Made by a program: the position numbers and the translations under genes. From Spirochaetota bacterium (lineage in GTDB: Bacteria > Spirochaetota > UBA4802 > JAFGDQ01), in assembly GCA_043803405.1 (NCBI GenBank), contig JAZDKB010000013.1, forward strand, positions 1 to 64,000: a DNA stretch of 64,000 nucleotides, written 5' to 3'. Below the pieces are notes generated by a model, which worked only from the letters and a program-made list of their open reading frames with translations, searched no databases and was not told the origin of the DNA. Below are positions 51,718 through 61,565 of this stretch, one piece after another; within the stretch, counting starts at the first letter, position 1; each line of letters begins with the position of its first letter.

Positions 51718-52050
51718 ATGTTGATGGGAAAACATTTTGACTTATTATCGAATGTTGTTTACGGTCCTGTCCCGTCCCGCCGGCTTGGCCGGAGCCTCGG
51801 CATTAATAATATTCCCCCGAAATACTGCACGTATTCCTGTGTATATTGCCAGCTCGGGAAAAAAAAATTGGTATAAACAGACAGTTTTTTTATAATCCGG
51901 TTTTTCTGCTAAAAGAAACTGAAAAACGAATAGCTGAAATTTAAAGAAAACGACGATATGCGTGAAGATAGTTTGAGATCATATTTTTCCAAGGCTGAAT
52001 CAAACTGGGAAGTTATCAAAAAATTATCCGATACGCTCCAAAATATATAG
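51718..52050 (+). pseudogene. Collapsed radical SAM gene (COG0731-like)
   Basis: [33 protein letters not shown], stop at 51874-51876 after an A9 run; then RQFFYNP and MREDSL...KAESNWEVIKKL pieces resembling later parts of the family. Confidence 0.75.
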
Positions 52051-52177
52051 ATTCTTCGGATGGTGGTTTATTTTTGCAGGAGGAATTACTATTTTCAGCG
52101 TTTGCCCTATATGCGGGCAAACGGGCTGCCCGATAGGGCACGACAGGGATTTTCGCATGTATGCTGTCTTTGCTTAA
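52046..52177 (+). pseudogene. Fragment of a small Cys-rich membrane protein
   Basis: YRFFGWWFIFAGGITIFSVCPICGQTGCPIG with no start codon. Confidence 0.45.
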
Positions 52178-52329
52178 AACAGGAGGTAAACATTATTTTA
52201 ATGCTATAAAGAGATTATTTAAATAAACAGAAGAATAATTCAACAATGTGCTTTATATTCATAGTTGTTTAAAATGATTATAAATTTAAATTTTGCTAAT
52301 TAAAAAAATACTTATCAAAGGTTTTAAAA

Positions 52330-52692
52330 ATGAATAATAATACAGTTAAAAATCTCCCGGTAAATATGGGACGAATGAATGATCCTGACGGAGCGGCTTC
52401 CATAACCGGATTATGCGGGGATACAATGGAGATGTATCTAATCATAAATAATAATAAAATTTCCGAATCCTGGTTTTTTACAAACGGCTGCGCTTCATCA
52501 ATAGCAGCCGGTTCTGCCACTGCTGAATTGGCGAAAGGCAAAGAAATTAATGAGGCGCTGAGTATTTCCCCGGCAGACATTATCAACCAACTTAAAAACA
52601 ACCCGGTATTTGAGATTCACTGTGCAATTCTGGCTGTGATGACTCTGGATAAAGCTATTGCTGATTATATTTTACGCATGGAAAGAATGTAA
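52330..52692 (+). CDS. NifU/IscU N-terminal-like scaffold protein (third copy)
   Basis: GLCGDTME, TNGCA, IHCAILA. Confidence 0.85.
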   Translation: MNNNTVKNLPVNMGRMNDPDGAASITGLCGDTMEMYLIINNNKISESWFFTNGCASSIAAGSATAELAKGKEINEALSISPADIINQLKNNPVFEIHCAILAVMTLDKAIADYILRMERM

Positions 52693-52849
52693 CCCGTCAG
52701 TGCGTTTTTTACGCATCCGGCAACTGAAATATTTAATGAAAAAATTTTAAAAATTCAGCTATATAAGGCCATTGCAATTTATAGATTATCTTTTACGTAA
52801 AAACAATCATTTGTTTATGGATAATATCGCAATTATAATTTTATCCTGT

Positions 52850-52895
52850 ATTGCATATTGCAATTTAAGAACAAATAAAAGCTTGCAATATGCAA
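52850..52895. promoter_or_regulatory. Paired enhancer (UAS) palindromes for a sigma54 activator
   Basis: ATTGCA-TAT-TGCAAT (52850-52864) and TTGCA-ATA-TGCAA (52883-52895), about 160-200 bp upstream of a -24/-12 promoter. Confidence 0.65.
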
Positions 52896-53054
52896 TCCAA
52901 ACATAGCTAATTATAACAATAATACAAATAGTCATATAAGATTTTAAAAGAATACCGCAACTTTACCAAATCATAATAACAATTAAATCAAAAACCTAAT
53001 AATTTCTATATTTTGTTAATATTTATCTCACTATTTATTATAATCACTAAAATT

Positions 53055-53070
53055 TGGCACGGATTATGCA
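53055..53070 (+). promoter_or_regulatory. sigma54 (-24/-12) promoter
   Basis: TGGCACGGATTATGCA, GG-N10-GC spacing. Confidence 0.8.
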
Positions 53071-53175
53071 TAATAAACATGTATTATAATAACTTATTGA
53101 CCAAAGGCAGCAGGTTATTTGGGTCAGAAGAAAGTTATTTATAATATAGTTAAATTTTACAACTGGAGAAAATCA

Positions 53176-53535
53176 ATGATTGCCCTTTCAAGTACAGACG
53201 GGACTCTGGACGGCAGGATGGATGAGAGATTCGGCAGGGCCAAAAAGTTCGTAATATATAATTCTGAAACTCAGGAAAGCAAAGTAATAGACAACAAGCT
53301 CAATATGGATGCTCCACAGGGAGCAGGCATTCAAACTGCACAGAATGTTATTAATGCAGGAGCAAAAATTGTTATAAGCGGACATATGGGACCTAATGCG
53401 TTCAAGGTGCTTGCTGCTGCAGGCATTGAAGCATACGTTGCTTCGGACATGACCTGCAGTGAAGCGCTTAAAGCTTTTAAAGAAGGAAAGCTAATAAAAC
53501 TGACAGACGCCAATGTAAGCGGGCACTGGATATAA
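53176..53535 (+). CDS. NifB/NifX family protein (ORP-like)
   Basis: RFGRA, GAGIQTAQ, SGHMGPNAF, VSGHW C-terminus; ATG 53176 after GGAG. Confidence 0.88.
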   Translation: MIALSSTDGTLDGRMDERFGRAKKFVIYNSETQESKVIDNKLNMDAPQGAGIQTAQNVINAGAKIVISGHMGPNAFKVLAAAGIEAYVASDMTCSEALKAFKEGKLIKLTDANVSGHWI

Positions 53536-53591
53536 TTTGTCGAAGCAGCAAATAATCTCTAAAATAAAATATAAAAAAAGATAAAAAGCAA

Positions 53592-54455
53592 ATGAAAATA
53601 GCATTCGCAAGCGGGAAAGGCGGAACCGGTAAGACTACAATTGCGGTCAATTTCGCTTATCATCTTGCTAAGACCGGACAAAAAGTGCAGTACATTGACT
53701 GCGATGTTGAGGAGCCAAATGGACATCTTTTTCTTAAGCCGGCTGCTTTGGAGAAAAAACCTGTAAAAGTAATGGTGCCGGTTGTGGATCCGGACAAATG
53801 CACATTCTGCGGGAGATGCGGCGCTGAATGCAGGTTCAATGCAATAGTAAATCTGAAAGATAAAGTTATGATTTTTTCTGAGATGTGCCACAGCTGCGCG
53901 CTTTGCGTAAAAATATGTCCTGAAGGAGCGATAAAAGAAGAAGAACGGGAAATCGGGTACATAGAGCAAGGCATGGCAATGAATAAAATCAGCTTTATTC
54001 AGGGTGTACTTAATGTAAGCGAACCGATGGCCGGGCCTGTTATTATGGCAGTGAAAAAATATTTTAAAGACGGATATATAAAGATTATAGATGCTCCGCC
54101 GGGTACTTCGTGCCCTGTTGTGAAAACTATTGCTGACTCTGATTTTGTTGTTTTTGTCACGGAGCCGACGCCATTCGGACTTCACGATTTAAAAATAGCA
54201 GTGTCTGTTGCTATTAACATGGGTAAACCTGTTGGAGTGGTTATTAATAGAGATGGAGAATACCCGCCTTTAAGAGAATATCTTGCCGAGAATAATATCC
54301 CATTACTTATGACTTTGCCTGACAAAAAAGAAATAGCTGAGGCTTATGCACGCGGAGAGATTATTCTAAACTCATTCCCGCAATACGCGAAAAATTTTAT
54401 CATGTTAGAGAATACTATTCTGGAGTTACTTAAATTAAAGGTTATTAAAAATTAA
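53592..54455 (+). CDS. MinD-family P-loop ATPase with ferredoxin insert
   Basis: SGKGGTGKT, DCDVEEPN, two CxxCxxC...C motifs, DAPPGTSCP, TEPTPFG. Confidence 0.9.
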   Translation: MKIAFASGKGGTGKTTIAVNFAYHLAKTGQKVQYIDCDVEEPNGHLFLKPAALEKKPVKVMVPVVDPDKCTFCGRCGAECRFNAIVNLKDKVMIFSEMCHSCALCVKICPEGAIKEEEREIGYIEQGMAMNKISFIQGVLNVSEPMAGPVIMAVKKYFKDGYIKIIDAPPGTSCPVVKTIADSDFVVFVTEPTPFGLHDLKIAVSVAINMGKPVGVVINRDGEYPPLREYLAENNIPLLMTLPDKKEIAEAYARGEIILNSFPQYAKNFIMLENTILELLKLKVIKN

Positions 54456-55340
54456 ATGGGAAAAATAAAAGAAATCGTCATAGTCAGCGGGAAAGGAGGC
54501 ACAGGCAAGACTTCTTTGACTGCATCGCTTGCTTTATTGTTTAAAGGCAAGGTCATGGTTGACTGCGATGTTGACGCGGCAAATCTGCATTTGATACTTA
54601 ACCCGGAAAAAATAATACGCCAAAGCGAATTTACCGGAGGCAAAAAAGCGGATATAGTTCCCGAACGCTGTACAAAATGCGGGGTATGTATTGAATCCTG
54701 CCGCTTTGACGCAATATCTCCGGATTTTATCATTGATCATGCTTTATGCGAAGGGTGCGGAGCATGCTTTGCTCTCTGCCCGCATTGTGCAGTTGATTTT
54801 TCAGAGCATACAGGGGGCCACTGGTATGTGACGGACATGGGCAATAACGAACGCTTTGTTTACGCTGAAATGCTTCCGGGTGAGGACAATTCCGGTAAAC
54901 TCGTATCAGCTGTGCGCAATGAGGCGCGCATCGAAGCTGATTCGGTAAACAGCAGTCTTATTGTAATTGATGGGCCTCCTGGCATAGGGTGCCCGGTAAT
55001 CTCTTCCATAACAGGTACAAAACTTGTAATTGTTGTTACGGAACCAACTCCGTCAGGAATGCATGATCTTGAGCGCGTAATTGCGCTTGCGAATCATTTT
55101 AGAATAAAAACCGCTGTCGTGGTCAATAAAAGCGATATCAGTCTTACATGGCTGAACGCGGTAAAAGATTACTGCACTATTAACAATCATTATTTCCTTG
55201 GGGAAATACCTTATGAAACCGCGATCACGGAAGCACAGAAGGCAGGGAAGTCCATTATTGAGTATAAGCCAGAATGCGAGGCAAGCATTGCCATTGAGGT
55301 TATTTTTGGAAAACTGCAATTGATGCTGGAAAATATATAG
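54456..55340 (+). CDS. MinD-family P-loop ATPase with ferredoxin insert (partner)
   Basis: SGKGGTGKT, DCDVDAANL, CxxCxxC motifs, NSGKLV, DGPPGIGCP. Confidence 0.9.
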   Translation: MGKIKEIVIVSGKGGTGKTSLTASLALLFKGKVMVDCDVDAANLHLILNPEKIIRQSEFTGGKKADIVPERCTKCGVCIESCRFDAISPDFIIDHALCEGCGACFALCPHCAVDFSEHTGGHWYVTDMGNNERFVYAEMLPGEDNSGKLVSAVRNEARIEADSVNSSLIVIDGPPGIGCPVISSITGTKLVIVVTEPTPSGMHDLERVIALANHFRIKTAVVVNKSDISLTWLNAVKDYCTINNHYFLGEIPYETAITEAQKAGKSIIEYKPECEASIAIEVIFGKLQLMLENI

Positions 55341-55420
55341 CAGAATAGAAGCAGGCATTATTGGTTAAAATATTAATCATAATTTATAAAATAAAAAAGT
55401 AATCAATTAAGGAGACTACT

Positions 55421-55756
55421 ATGAAATATGCAATACCAACTTACGGAGGAACACTCTGTGCTCACTTCGGACATTGTGAAACTTTCGCGCTTATTGACAC
55501 GGACCAGGATGGCAAACTTGTAACCGAAACAAGTGTAACGCCGCCGCCTCATGAACCCGGGCTTTTGCCGAAATGGCTTTCTGAAAAAGGAGTTAACTGT
55601 GTAATTGCCGGCGGTATGGGAAGCCGCGCTCAGCAGCTTTTTGCAGCAAACGGCATAAAAGTAGTTACTGGTGCAATGGGCGGCAAGCCGAAAGAAATTG
55701 TGGAACAATATCTTAAAGGAGCTCTTCAGACCGGCGCCAATACATGCGATCATTAA
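55421..55756 (+). CDS. NifB/NifX family protein
   Basis: HFGHCE, PPPHEPGLLP.WL, GGMG.RA, N.CDH terminus. Confidence 0.88.
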   Translation: MKYAIPTYGGTLCAHFGHCETFALIDTDQDGKLVTETSVTPPPHEPGLLPKWLSEKGVNCVIAGGMGSRAQQLFAANGIKVVTGAMGGKPKEIVEQYLKGALQTGANTCDH

Positions 55757-55888
55757 TTTACCGGGAAAAGAAAAAAGAATTATTGAATAATTATTTTATA
55801 ATTCTTATTAAGTTGCCCGCTTTAGTATTAAATTATTACTAAGCTCGTTAATTCCATATTTAAAAGAAACAGCTAATGCGTTATTAAT

Positions 55889-56269
55889 ATGAAACATGAA
55901 ATGACAGCAGTGTCGGTTTATAAGGAACGGGTTTCGCCTTTACTTGATGTTGCGAAAAAATTTGCCATATACGAGATCAGAGAAGGTAAAATTAAACAAA
56001 AAATCGTTGCTGAAATACATACTGATGATGAATCGCAAAGAATAGATAAACTAAAAGAGATAGGTGTATCTGTAATTATCGGCGGAGCCGTCAGCTGTTT
56101 CATGTCTGAAATAATCCATGAAAAAGGACTAAAGCTGTTTTCATGGGTCAGCGGCCCGGTTGACAATATCATTGACTTATATTTGAAGAACAGGTTATAT
56201 TCAATAATTCCTGATATGCGCAAGTGCAGTCGCGTTAAGCGGCGAAGACAATGCAGACATGAAATCTAA
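55889..56269 (+). CDS. NifB/NifX-like protein
   Basis: RVSPLLDVA, IGGAVS, WVSG; Arg/Cys-rich tail. Confidence 0.75.
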   Translation: MKHEMTAVSVYKERVSPLLDVAKKFAIYEIREGKIKQKIVAEIHTDDESQRIDKLKEIGVSVIIGGAVSCFMSEIIHEKGLKLFSWVSGPVDNIIDLYLKNRLYSIIPDMRKCSRVKRRRQCRHEI

Positions 56270-57101
56270 AATTACTGTAATATGTGAAAACAGCGTTTAC
56301 CTGCCTTTCAGGTTAATCGCCGAGCACGGGCTTTCATTTTATATTGAAAACGATGATGTAACGCTATTCGATACAGGACAGGGTTTGGGCATTATAAATA
56401 ATTTGGCTGTTACAGGTAAAGACATTCATGCCATACGCCGTATTGTTTTAAGCCATGGACATTATGACCATACGGGCGGGCTGTTCCCGGTATTGAAAGA
56501 TATCGGCGGAAAAATTCCGGTATATGCCCATCCGGGCATTTTTAACCGCAAATACGCCCATCATTCCGAAATGGGAACGATCATTGAAAGGTATATCGGG
56601 ATTCAGAAAGAACGGGCAGTGTACGAAAAAGCCGGTGCTGAATTCAGATTTATTAAAGGTTATACTTCCATTACTGAAAAAATATCTGCCCTTTCCGAAG
56701 TCAGGAGGCCGTCCAGCTGGAAAAGCTGGGACGTTCGCCTAAAGCAAAATACTGACGGAGAGATTGTTGACGATCCCTTTATGGATGATCTTTCGCTTAT
56801 CGTGGAAACGGATTCCGGCCCTGTTGTTCTTCTGGGCTGCGCTCACGCTGGGATCATTGAAATACTGAACGATATCTCATCGTGTACCGGACACAGGGAA
56901 TTTTTTGCAGTTATCGGTGGAACTCATCTTGCGGGTGCGCCGAAAGAATATGTACAAAAAGCTATTGATACATTGAGATATTATAAAGTAAAAATAATTG
57001 CTCCCTGTCATTGCAGCGGATTTGAGATAGAATGTTTATTTAAACAGGAATTTAAAGATACATTCTGCCGCGCTTCTGCGGGAACTGTGTTTGAATTTTA
57101 G
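56259..57101 (+). CDS. MBL-fold metallo-hydrolase (COG1237-like)
   Basis: AEHGLS, LFDTGQ, SHGHYDHTGG, GCAHAG, GGTH, PCHCSG. Confidence 0.88.
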   Translation: MKSKITVICENSVYLPFRLIAEHGLSFYIENDDVTLFDTGQGLGIINNLAVTGKDIHAIRRIVLSHGHYDHTGGLFPVLKDIGGKIPVYAHPGIFNRKYAHHSEMGTIIERYIGIQKERAVYEKAGAEFRFIKGYTSITEKISALSEVRRPSSWKSWDVRLKQNTDGEIVDDPFMDDLSLIVETDSGPVVLLGCAHAGIIEILNDISSCTGHREFFAVIGGTHLAGAPKEYVQKAIDTLRYYKVKIIAPCHCSGFEIECLFKQEFKDTFCRASAGTVFEF

Positions 57102-57275
57102 AATGCTAAAGGCATAAATTTAGGTAGAACAAAAATGCCTGTTGATTTTTGAAGCAAATTTACAATACAATTAAAACCAGGTGTTGGAAATATTTTACTT
57201 GTATGTAATTGCGCTATTTTTATAAAAATAAATAATAAATGCAATTTGCAATAAAATCCTTTTAATGAGTTTAAA

Positions 57276-57800
57276 ATGGCATTACATAAAATTATTTTAA
57301 AGCCTCTCGGTATAATATATACGCCGTTTAAAGACGTTTCGGATAATGTTCCCATACAGGGACGCATGGCTCCTAAAGCTGAAGGTTATATTAAATTATA
57401 TAAAAAATACCTGGACGCGTGCAAAGACCTTGACGGGTTTTCCCATGCAATTATTATATATTATTTTCATAAAAGCAAAAAAGAAAGACTCTCGGCAAAA
57501 CCGTATATGGATACAGAAACAAGAGGGATTTTCTCTTCGAGATTTCCGCACAGGCCGAACCATTTAGGATTGACTCTTGTAGAAATTATCAGTATAATTA
57601 ATGGCGTAATTAAAATAAAAGGCGCGGATATGTTAAACGGCACTCCGCTGCTTGATATAAAACCGTATAATCCGGCATTTGATACAGTCAACAACTTGGA
57701 TGTAAAAACCGGATGGATGACAAAATATACGTCTGGAAAACGGAAGCCGGTTATTTCAAAAACTGGCAGCCGTGACGATTGGTTAAATGAATCACATTAA
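57276..57800 (+). CDS. tsaA: TsaA/TrmO-family SAM-binding tRNA methyltransferase
   Basis: PIQG, LDGFSH, RGIFSSR.PHRPN, D..NGTPLLDIKPY. Confidence 0.88.
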   Translation: MALHKIILKPLGIIYTPFKDVSDNVPIQGRMAPKAEGYIKLYKKYLDACKDLDGFSHAIIIYYFHKSKKERLSAKPYMDTETRGIFSSRFPHRPNHLGLTLVEIISIINGVIKIKGADMLNGTPLLDIKPYNPAFDTVNNLDVKTGWMTKYTSGKRKPVISKTGSRDDWLNESH

Positions 57801-57836
57801 TGATTTTGAATATAAAATAATAAAACGGAGTTAGAT

Positions 57837-58706
57837 ATGGCTGAAGAAAAAGAAAACCTAGAGAAAGAAGGCAATGGGGGAGGTTCTCATGGCCAAAATA
57901 AACAGGCTGAAGATACTGAAGCGCTTCGCAAAAACATGGCCAGGATAGCGAATAAAATCATAGTACTTTCCGGCAAAGGCGGGGTAGGGAAAAGCACTGT
58001 TGCAGTAAACCTTGCAGCTTCGCTTGCTGAAAAGAAATTCAGGACAGGGCTTCTGGATATAGACATGCACGGCCCAAGCGTGCCGAAGCTTCTGGGTCTG
58101 GAAAACAAGACTTTGCAGATTGCGAACGAAAAAATCCAGCCTGTAAGCTACAACGAATATCTTAAAGTAATGTCAATCGGGTTCATGCTTCAGAGCAGCG
58201 ACGACGCTGTAATCTGGCGTGGTCCTGTTAAACACAGTCTTATACAACAGTTCTTAAAGGATGTTGAATGGGGCGATCTTGATTACCTGATAATCGATTC
58301 GCCTCCCGGTACAGGCGATGAGCCTCTATCGATCAGCAGATTCATTGAAGAACCGAGGAGCGCGATCATTGTCACAACTCCTCAGGATGTCGCGCTTTCG
58401 GATGTACGGAAATCGGTCACATTCTGCAAAAAAATTAATCTGCCTATACTGGGAGTAGTTGAAAATATGAGCGGATTTACGTGCCCTCATTGCGGGAAAA
58501 CAACGGATATTTTTAAAACAGGCGGCGGCCTCCAGATGGCGACAAGCATGGGAATACCTTATCTTGGGAGTATACCTATTGAAGCACAGATTACAAAAAA
58601 CGGCGATTCCGGCGAGCCTTTTGCCAGTAAAAGGGAAAAAGACAGTTCCGCACATCAGAACTTCTCGGATATAGTTGAAAAAATAATTCTATCAGGAAAA
58701 AAATGA
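57837..58706 (+). CDS. mrp: Mrp/NBP35 (ApbC) Fe-S carrier ATPase
   Basis: SGKGGVGKS, D.HGPSVP, IWRGP, DSPPGTGD, ENMSGFTCPHC. Confidence 0.92.
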   Translation: MAEEKENLEKEGNGGGSHGQNKQAEDTEALRKNMARIANKIIVLSGKGGVGKSTVAVNLAASLAEKKFRTGLLDIDMHGPSVPKLLGLENKTLQIANEKIQPVSYNEYLKVMSIGFMLQSSDDAVIWRGPVKHSLIQQFLKDVEWGDLDYLIIDSPPGTGDEPLSISRFIEEPRSAIIVTTPQDVALSDVRKSVTFCKKINLPILGVVENMSGFTCPHCGKTTDIFKTGGGLQMATSMGIPYLGSIPIEAQITKNGDSGEPFASKREKDSSAHQNFSDIVEKIILSGKK

Positions 58707-58933
58707 ATTATTTTTCATAAGCTTTAACCCGATTTATCTCTGATAACAAAAATTTTACTGGACAAAAAATAAATTAAATTTTTAAAATATTCCGAAAACT
58801 AAATTTAGCAGGCTGACATTCTTAAAATATTATTTAATTTGCAGCAAATTAAATAATATTTTTCAGTAAAATTATTATCTGCAGATTTATTATTATTTCC
58901 GCTTTATCTTTTTTTTATTATGGGGGTACAGGC

Positions 58934-59404
58934 ATGAACATGCGATCTTTATTTATTTTTTTCTTTTTAATAATAAATTTAAACATACTGCCTGCCAATA
59001 TTAAAACTGATATTGGCCTTACGCCGCAAAAAGCCCCTAACGGGAAATGGGGCTATCTTGACGATAAAGGTTTTTATAAAATCAGACCGCAATTTGAAAT
59101 GGCATTGCCATTTAAGGAAGGTCTGGCCTTAATTTCAGTATGCAATAAATACGGTTTTATCGACGAAAAAGGCAAACCTGTGATACGCCCGCAATTCGAT
59201 GAAGCGCGCAGCTTTTCCGAAAGCCTTGCCGCAGTTATGATCTATGACCAGAAATCAAATAAAAAATGGGGTTTTATTGATAAAACCGGCAATTTTGTCG
59301 TTTTCCCTCAATATGACGACGTTACTGATTTTAGAGACCTTGAAGCACAGGTCAAACTGAATGGAAAAACTTTAACTATAAACAATACCGGCGGGTACAT
59401 ATAA
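58934..59404 (+). CDS. WG-repeat secreted protein
   Basis: Repeated KWG/YG-FID..G...I.PQF/Y units. Confidence 0.85.
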   Translation: MNMRSLFIFFFLIINLNILPANIKTDIGLTPQKAPNGKWGYLDDKGFYKIRPQFEMALPFKEGLALISVCNKYGFIDEKGKPVIRPQFDEARSFSESLAAVMIYDQKSNKKWGFIDKTGNFVVFPQYDDVTDFRDLEAQVKLNGKTLTINNTGGYI

Positions 59405-59585
59405 AATACCTTTGAAGCATTATAATTTATTATATTAAGACATTGGAAATTATTATACCAATTTTAAAATTGCAGTAGTTTAATTTTTTCAGGACAGCTT
59501 TCCGCATTAAATATTCTATGTTAAATTGAATTTTCCCCCTGAATGTTTTTTGAATAAAATCTATCATTAAATTCCGGAGAAGAAA

Positions 59586-60110
59586 ATGCTTTACAGTTTT
59601 GACGGCAGAAAACCAACCATAGGCATTGATTCCTACATCAGTGAAACCGCAATTTTAATAGGCGATGTTATTATAGGCGATAATTGCTATGTAGGGCATG
59701 GAGCAATATTAAGAGGGGATTACGGCACCATAAAAATCGGTTCCGGAAGCGCTGTGGAAGAAGGAGCCATTATGCACGCTCCGCCGGACGGCTTAAATAA
59801 TATAGGAGAAAAAGTTACGATAGGCCACGGCGCAAAACTGCATGGTCAAGAAGTCGGGAATAACGCGGTCATAGGCATTGGAGCAATTCTCGGCCTGCGC
59901 TCCAAAGTCGGTGCGTGGGCGATAATAGCCGAAGGTTGTGTCGTTAAATCAAGGCAGGAAATACCTGACAAAGCTGTTGCTGCAGGAAATCCGGCAAAAA
60001 TAGTGCGGGACATTAGCACTAAAGATGTAGAATTCTGGACATGGGGCAAGCAGCTTTACATTGATCTGGCAAAAAAGTATCTGAGAATAGGAATGCACAG
60101 AATAGATTAA
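59586..60110 (+). CDS. gamma-carbonic anhydrase/PaaY family protein
   Basis: IGDV.IG, LRGD, TIGH.A.LHG hexapeptide repeats. Confidence 0.88.
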   Translation: MLYSFDGRKPTIGIDSYISETAILIGDVIIGDNCYVGHGAILRGDYGTIKIGSGSAVEEGAIMHAPPDGLNNIGEKVTIGHGAKLHGQEVGNNAVIGIGAILGLRSKVGAWAIIAEGCVVKSRQEIPDKAVAAGNPAKIVRDISTKDVEFWTWGKQLYIDLAKKYLRIGMHRID

Positions 60111-60129
60111 TTTACAGGAGGCTAATATA

Positions 60130-60486
60130 ATGGATATAATAGCGATCATTATCGGTGTCTGCACAGGCGTTTTAGGCGGACTGCTGGGCATTGGCGGAGC
60201 TGTAATAATGGTTCCTGCCCTGATTATTTTTCTAAAATTCAACCAGCACCTTGCTCAGGGAACCGCCCTTGCCGCCATGATCCCGCCAATCGGCCTTTTT
60301 GCGGCTTACGAATATTATAAGAACGGGCATGTTGATGTGAAGGTGGCAATATTGATCGCTGCGGGTTTTTTAGCCGGAGCGTTCGCAGGAGCAAAGCTGG
60401 CCGAGCATATAGATGCAACGATATTAAGAAAAGTATTCGGTTTTATGCTTCTTGCAATTTCAATTAAAATCATTTTAACAAAATAA
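60130..60486 (+). CDS. Half-size TSUP/TauE-SafE family membrane protein
   Basis: GLLGIGG.V.MVP, AQGTAL. Confidence 0.82.
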   Translation: MDIIAIIIGVCTGVLGGLLGIGGAVIMVPALIIFLKFNQHLAQGTALAAMIPPIGLFAAYEYYKNGHVDVKVAILIAAGFLAGAFAGAKLAEHIDATILRKVFGFMLLAISIKIILTK

Positions 60487-60516
60487 TTATTTTATCCGGC
60501 ATTATACTTTAATACT

Positions 60517-61053
60517 ATGAAAATTGTTGCATTTCTTGGAAATCCGGGCAGAAAATACGAACACAACCGTCATAATGCGGGTTTCATTACAGGCAAACTT
60601 GCCGCAGAATATTTTAACATCATACCGAAAAAAAAGGAATTTCATTGCTATATCGGAAGCGTAAAACTGGAAGGCAATGAAGTATTGCTGATCTTTCCCG
60701 ATGCATTTATGAACAGCAGCGGTGTTGCAGTAAACGAAGTAATGAGATATTATAATGTAAACCCGGAAGATCTGATCGCGGTTCACGACGAAATCGAGCT
60801 GCAATTCGGCGTTGTTAAAATTAAATTCGGCGGCGGGCATAAAGGCCACAACGGCATCAGGTCAATTATTCAGAGCACAGGTTCGGCCGATTTCAACAGG
60901 ATAAGGATCGGTGTAGGCCGGCCTCCGGACTCCGGAATTAAAGTTGCAGATTATCTTTTATCCGACTTTTCGGATGAAGAACTTATTAAAATAAAAGAGC
61001 TCGCGCCCCGGATTATTCAGTCAATACATTCTTTAATTATCCCTGCCCCTTAA
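60517..61053 (+). CDS. pth: Peptidyl-tRNA hydrolase
   Basis: LGNPG..Y..NRHNAGF, FMNSSG, HDE, GHNG, RIRIGVGRP. Confidence 0.95.
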   Translation: MKIVAFLGNPGRKYEHNRHNAGFITGKLAAEYFNIIPKKKEFHCYIGSVKLEGNEVLLIFPDAFMNSSGVAVNEVMRYYNVNPEDLIAVHDEIELQFGVVKIKFGGGHKGHNGIRSIIQSTGSADFNRIRIGVGRPPDSGIKVADYLLSDFSDEELIKIKELAPRIIQSIHSLIIPAP

Positions 61054-61158
61054 TAACTCATATAATTTTTTATTTGCATATATTTACATCCGGCGTTATA
61101 ATTTTTCAGGTGCCTATTACAATGGCCACTGTTTATTTTGCCTGAACAAGGTTATAAA

Positions 61159-61530
61159 ATGAATTATATAATGATAATCGACGATTCGATAACTATTCGA
61201 GCAATAGTTGAACTGGTATTGAAAAGTCAGGGTTTTGCGGTAATTCATGCGGAAAACGGCGTAAACGCGTTATCAAAAATAAGCGAAATAATGGAGAAAG
61301 GTGATGATATTTCATTGTGCATAACGGATATAGATATGCCTGTTATGGACGGAATGACATTTCTCCAGGAATTTAAAAAATTATATTATTACATTCCTGT
61401 TATAATGCTGCATACTGAAGCAGAGGAGATATTAATAAACGAATGCAGGGAATTAGGCGCGTCCCATGTTCTTTTAAAACCTTTTAAACCGGAAATACTT
61501 ATTAATGCAGTTAAAAAGCTGATGAGATAA
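61159..61530 (+). CDS. CheY-like single-domain response regulator
   Basis: IIDDS, TDIDMP.MDG, KPF. Confidence 0.9.
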   Translation: MNYIMIIDDSITIRAIVELVLKSQGFAVIHAENGVNALSKISEIMEKGDDISLCITDIDMPVMDGMTFLQEFKKLYYYIPVIMLHTEAEEILINECRELGASHVLLKPFKPEILINAVKKLMR

Positions 61531-61565
61531 AGAGTTAATCTAATAAGATCTAACGGAGACAACAA

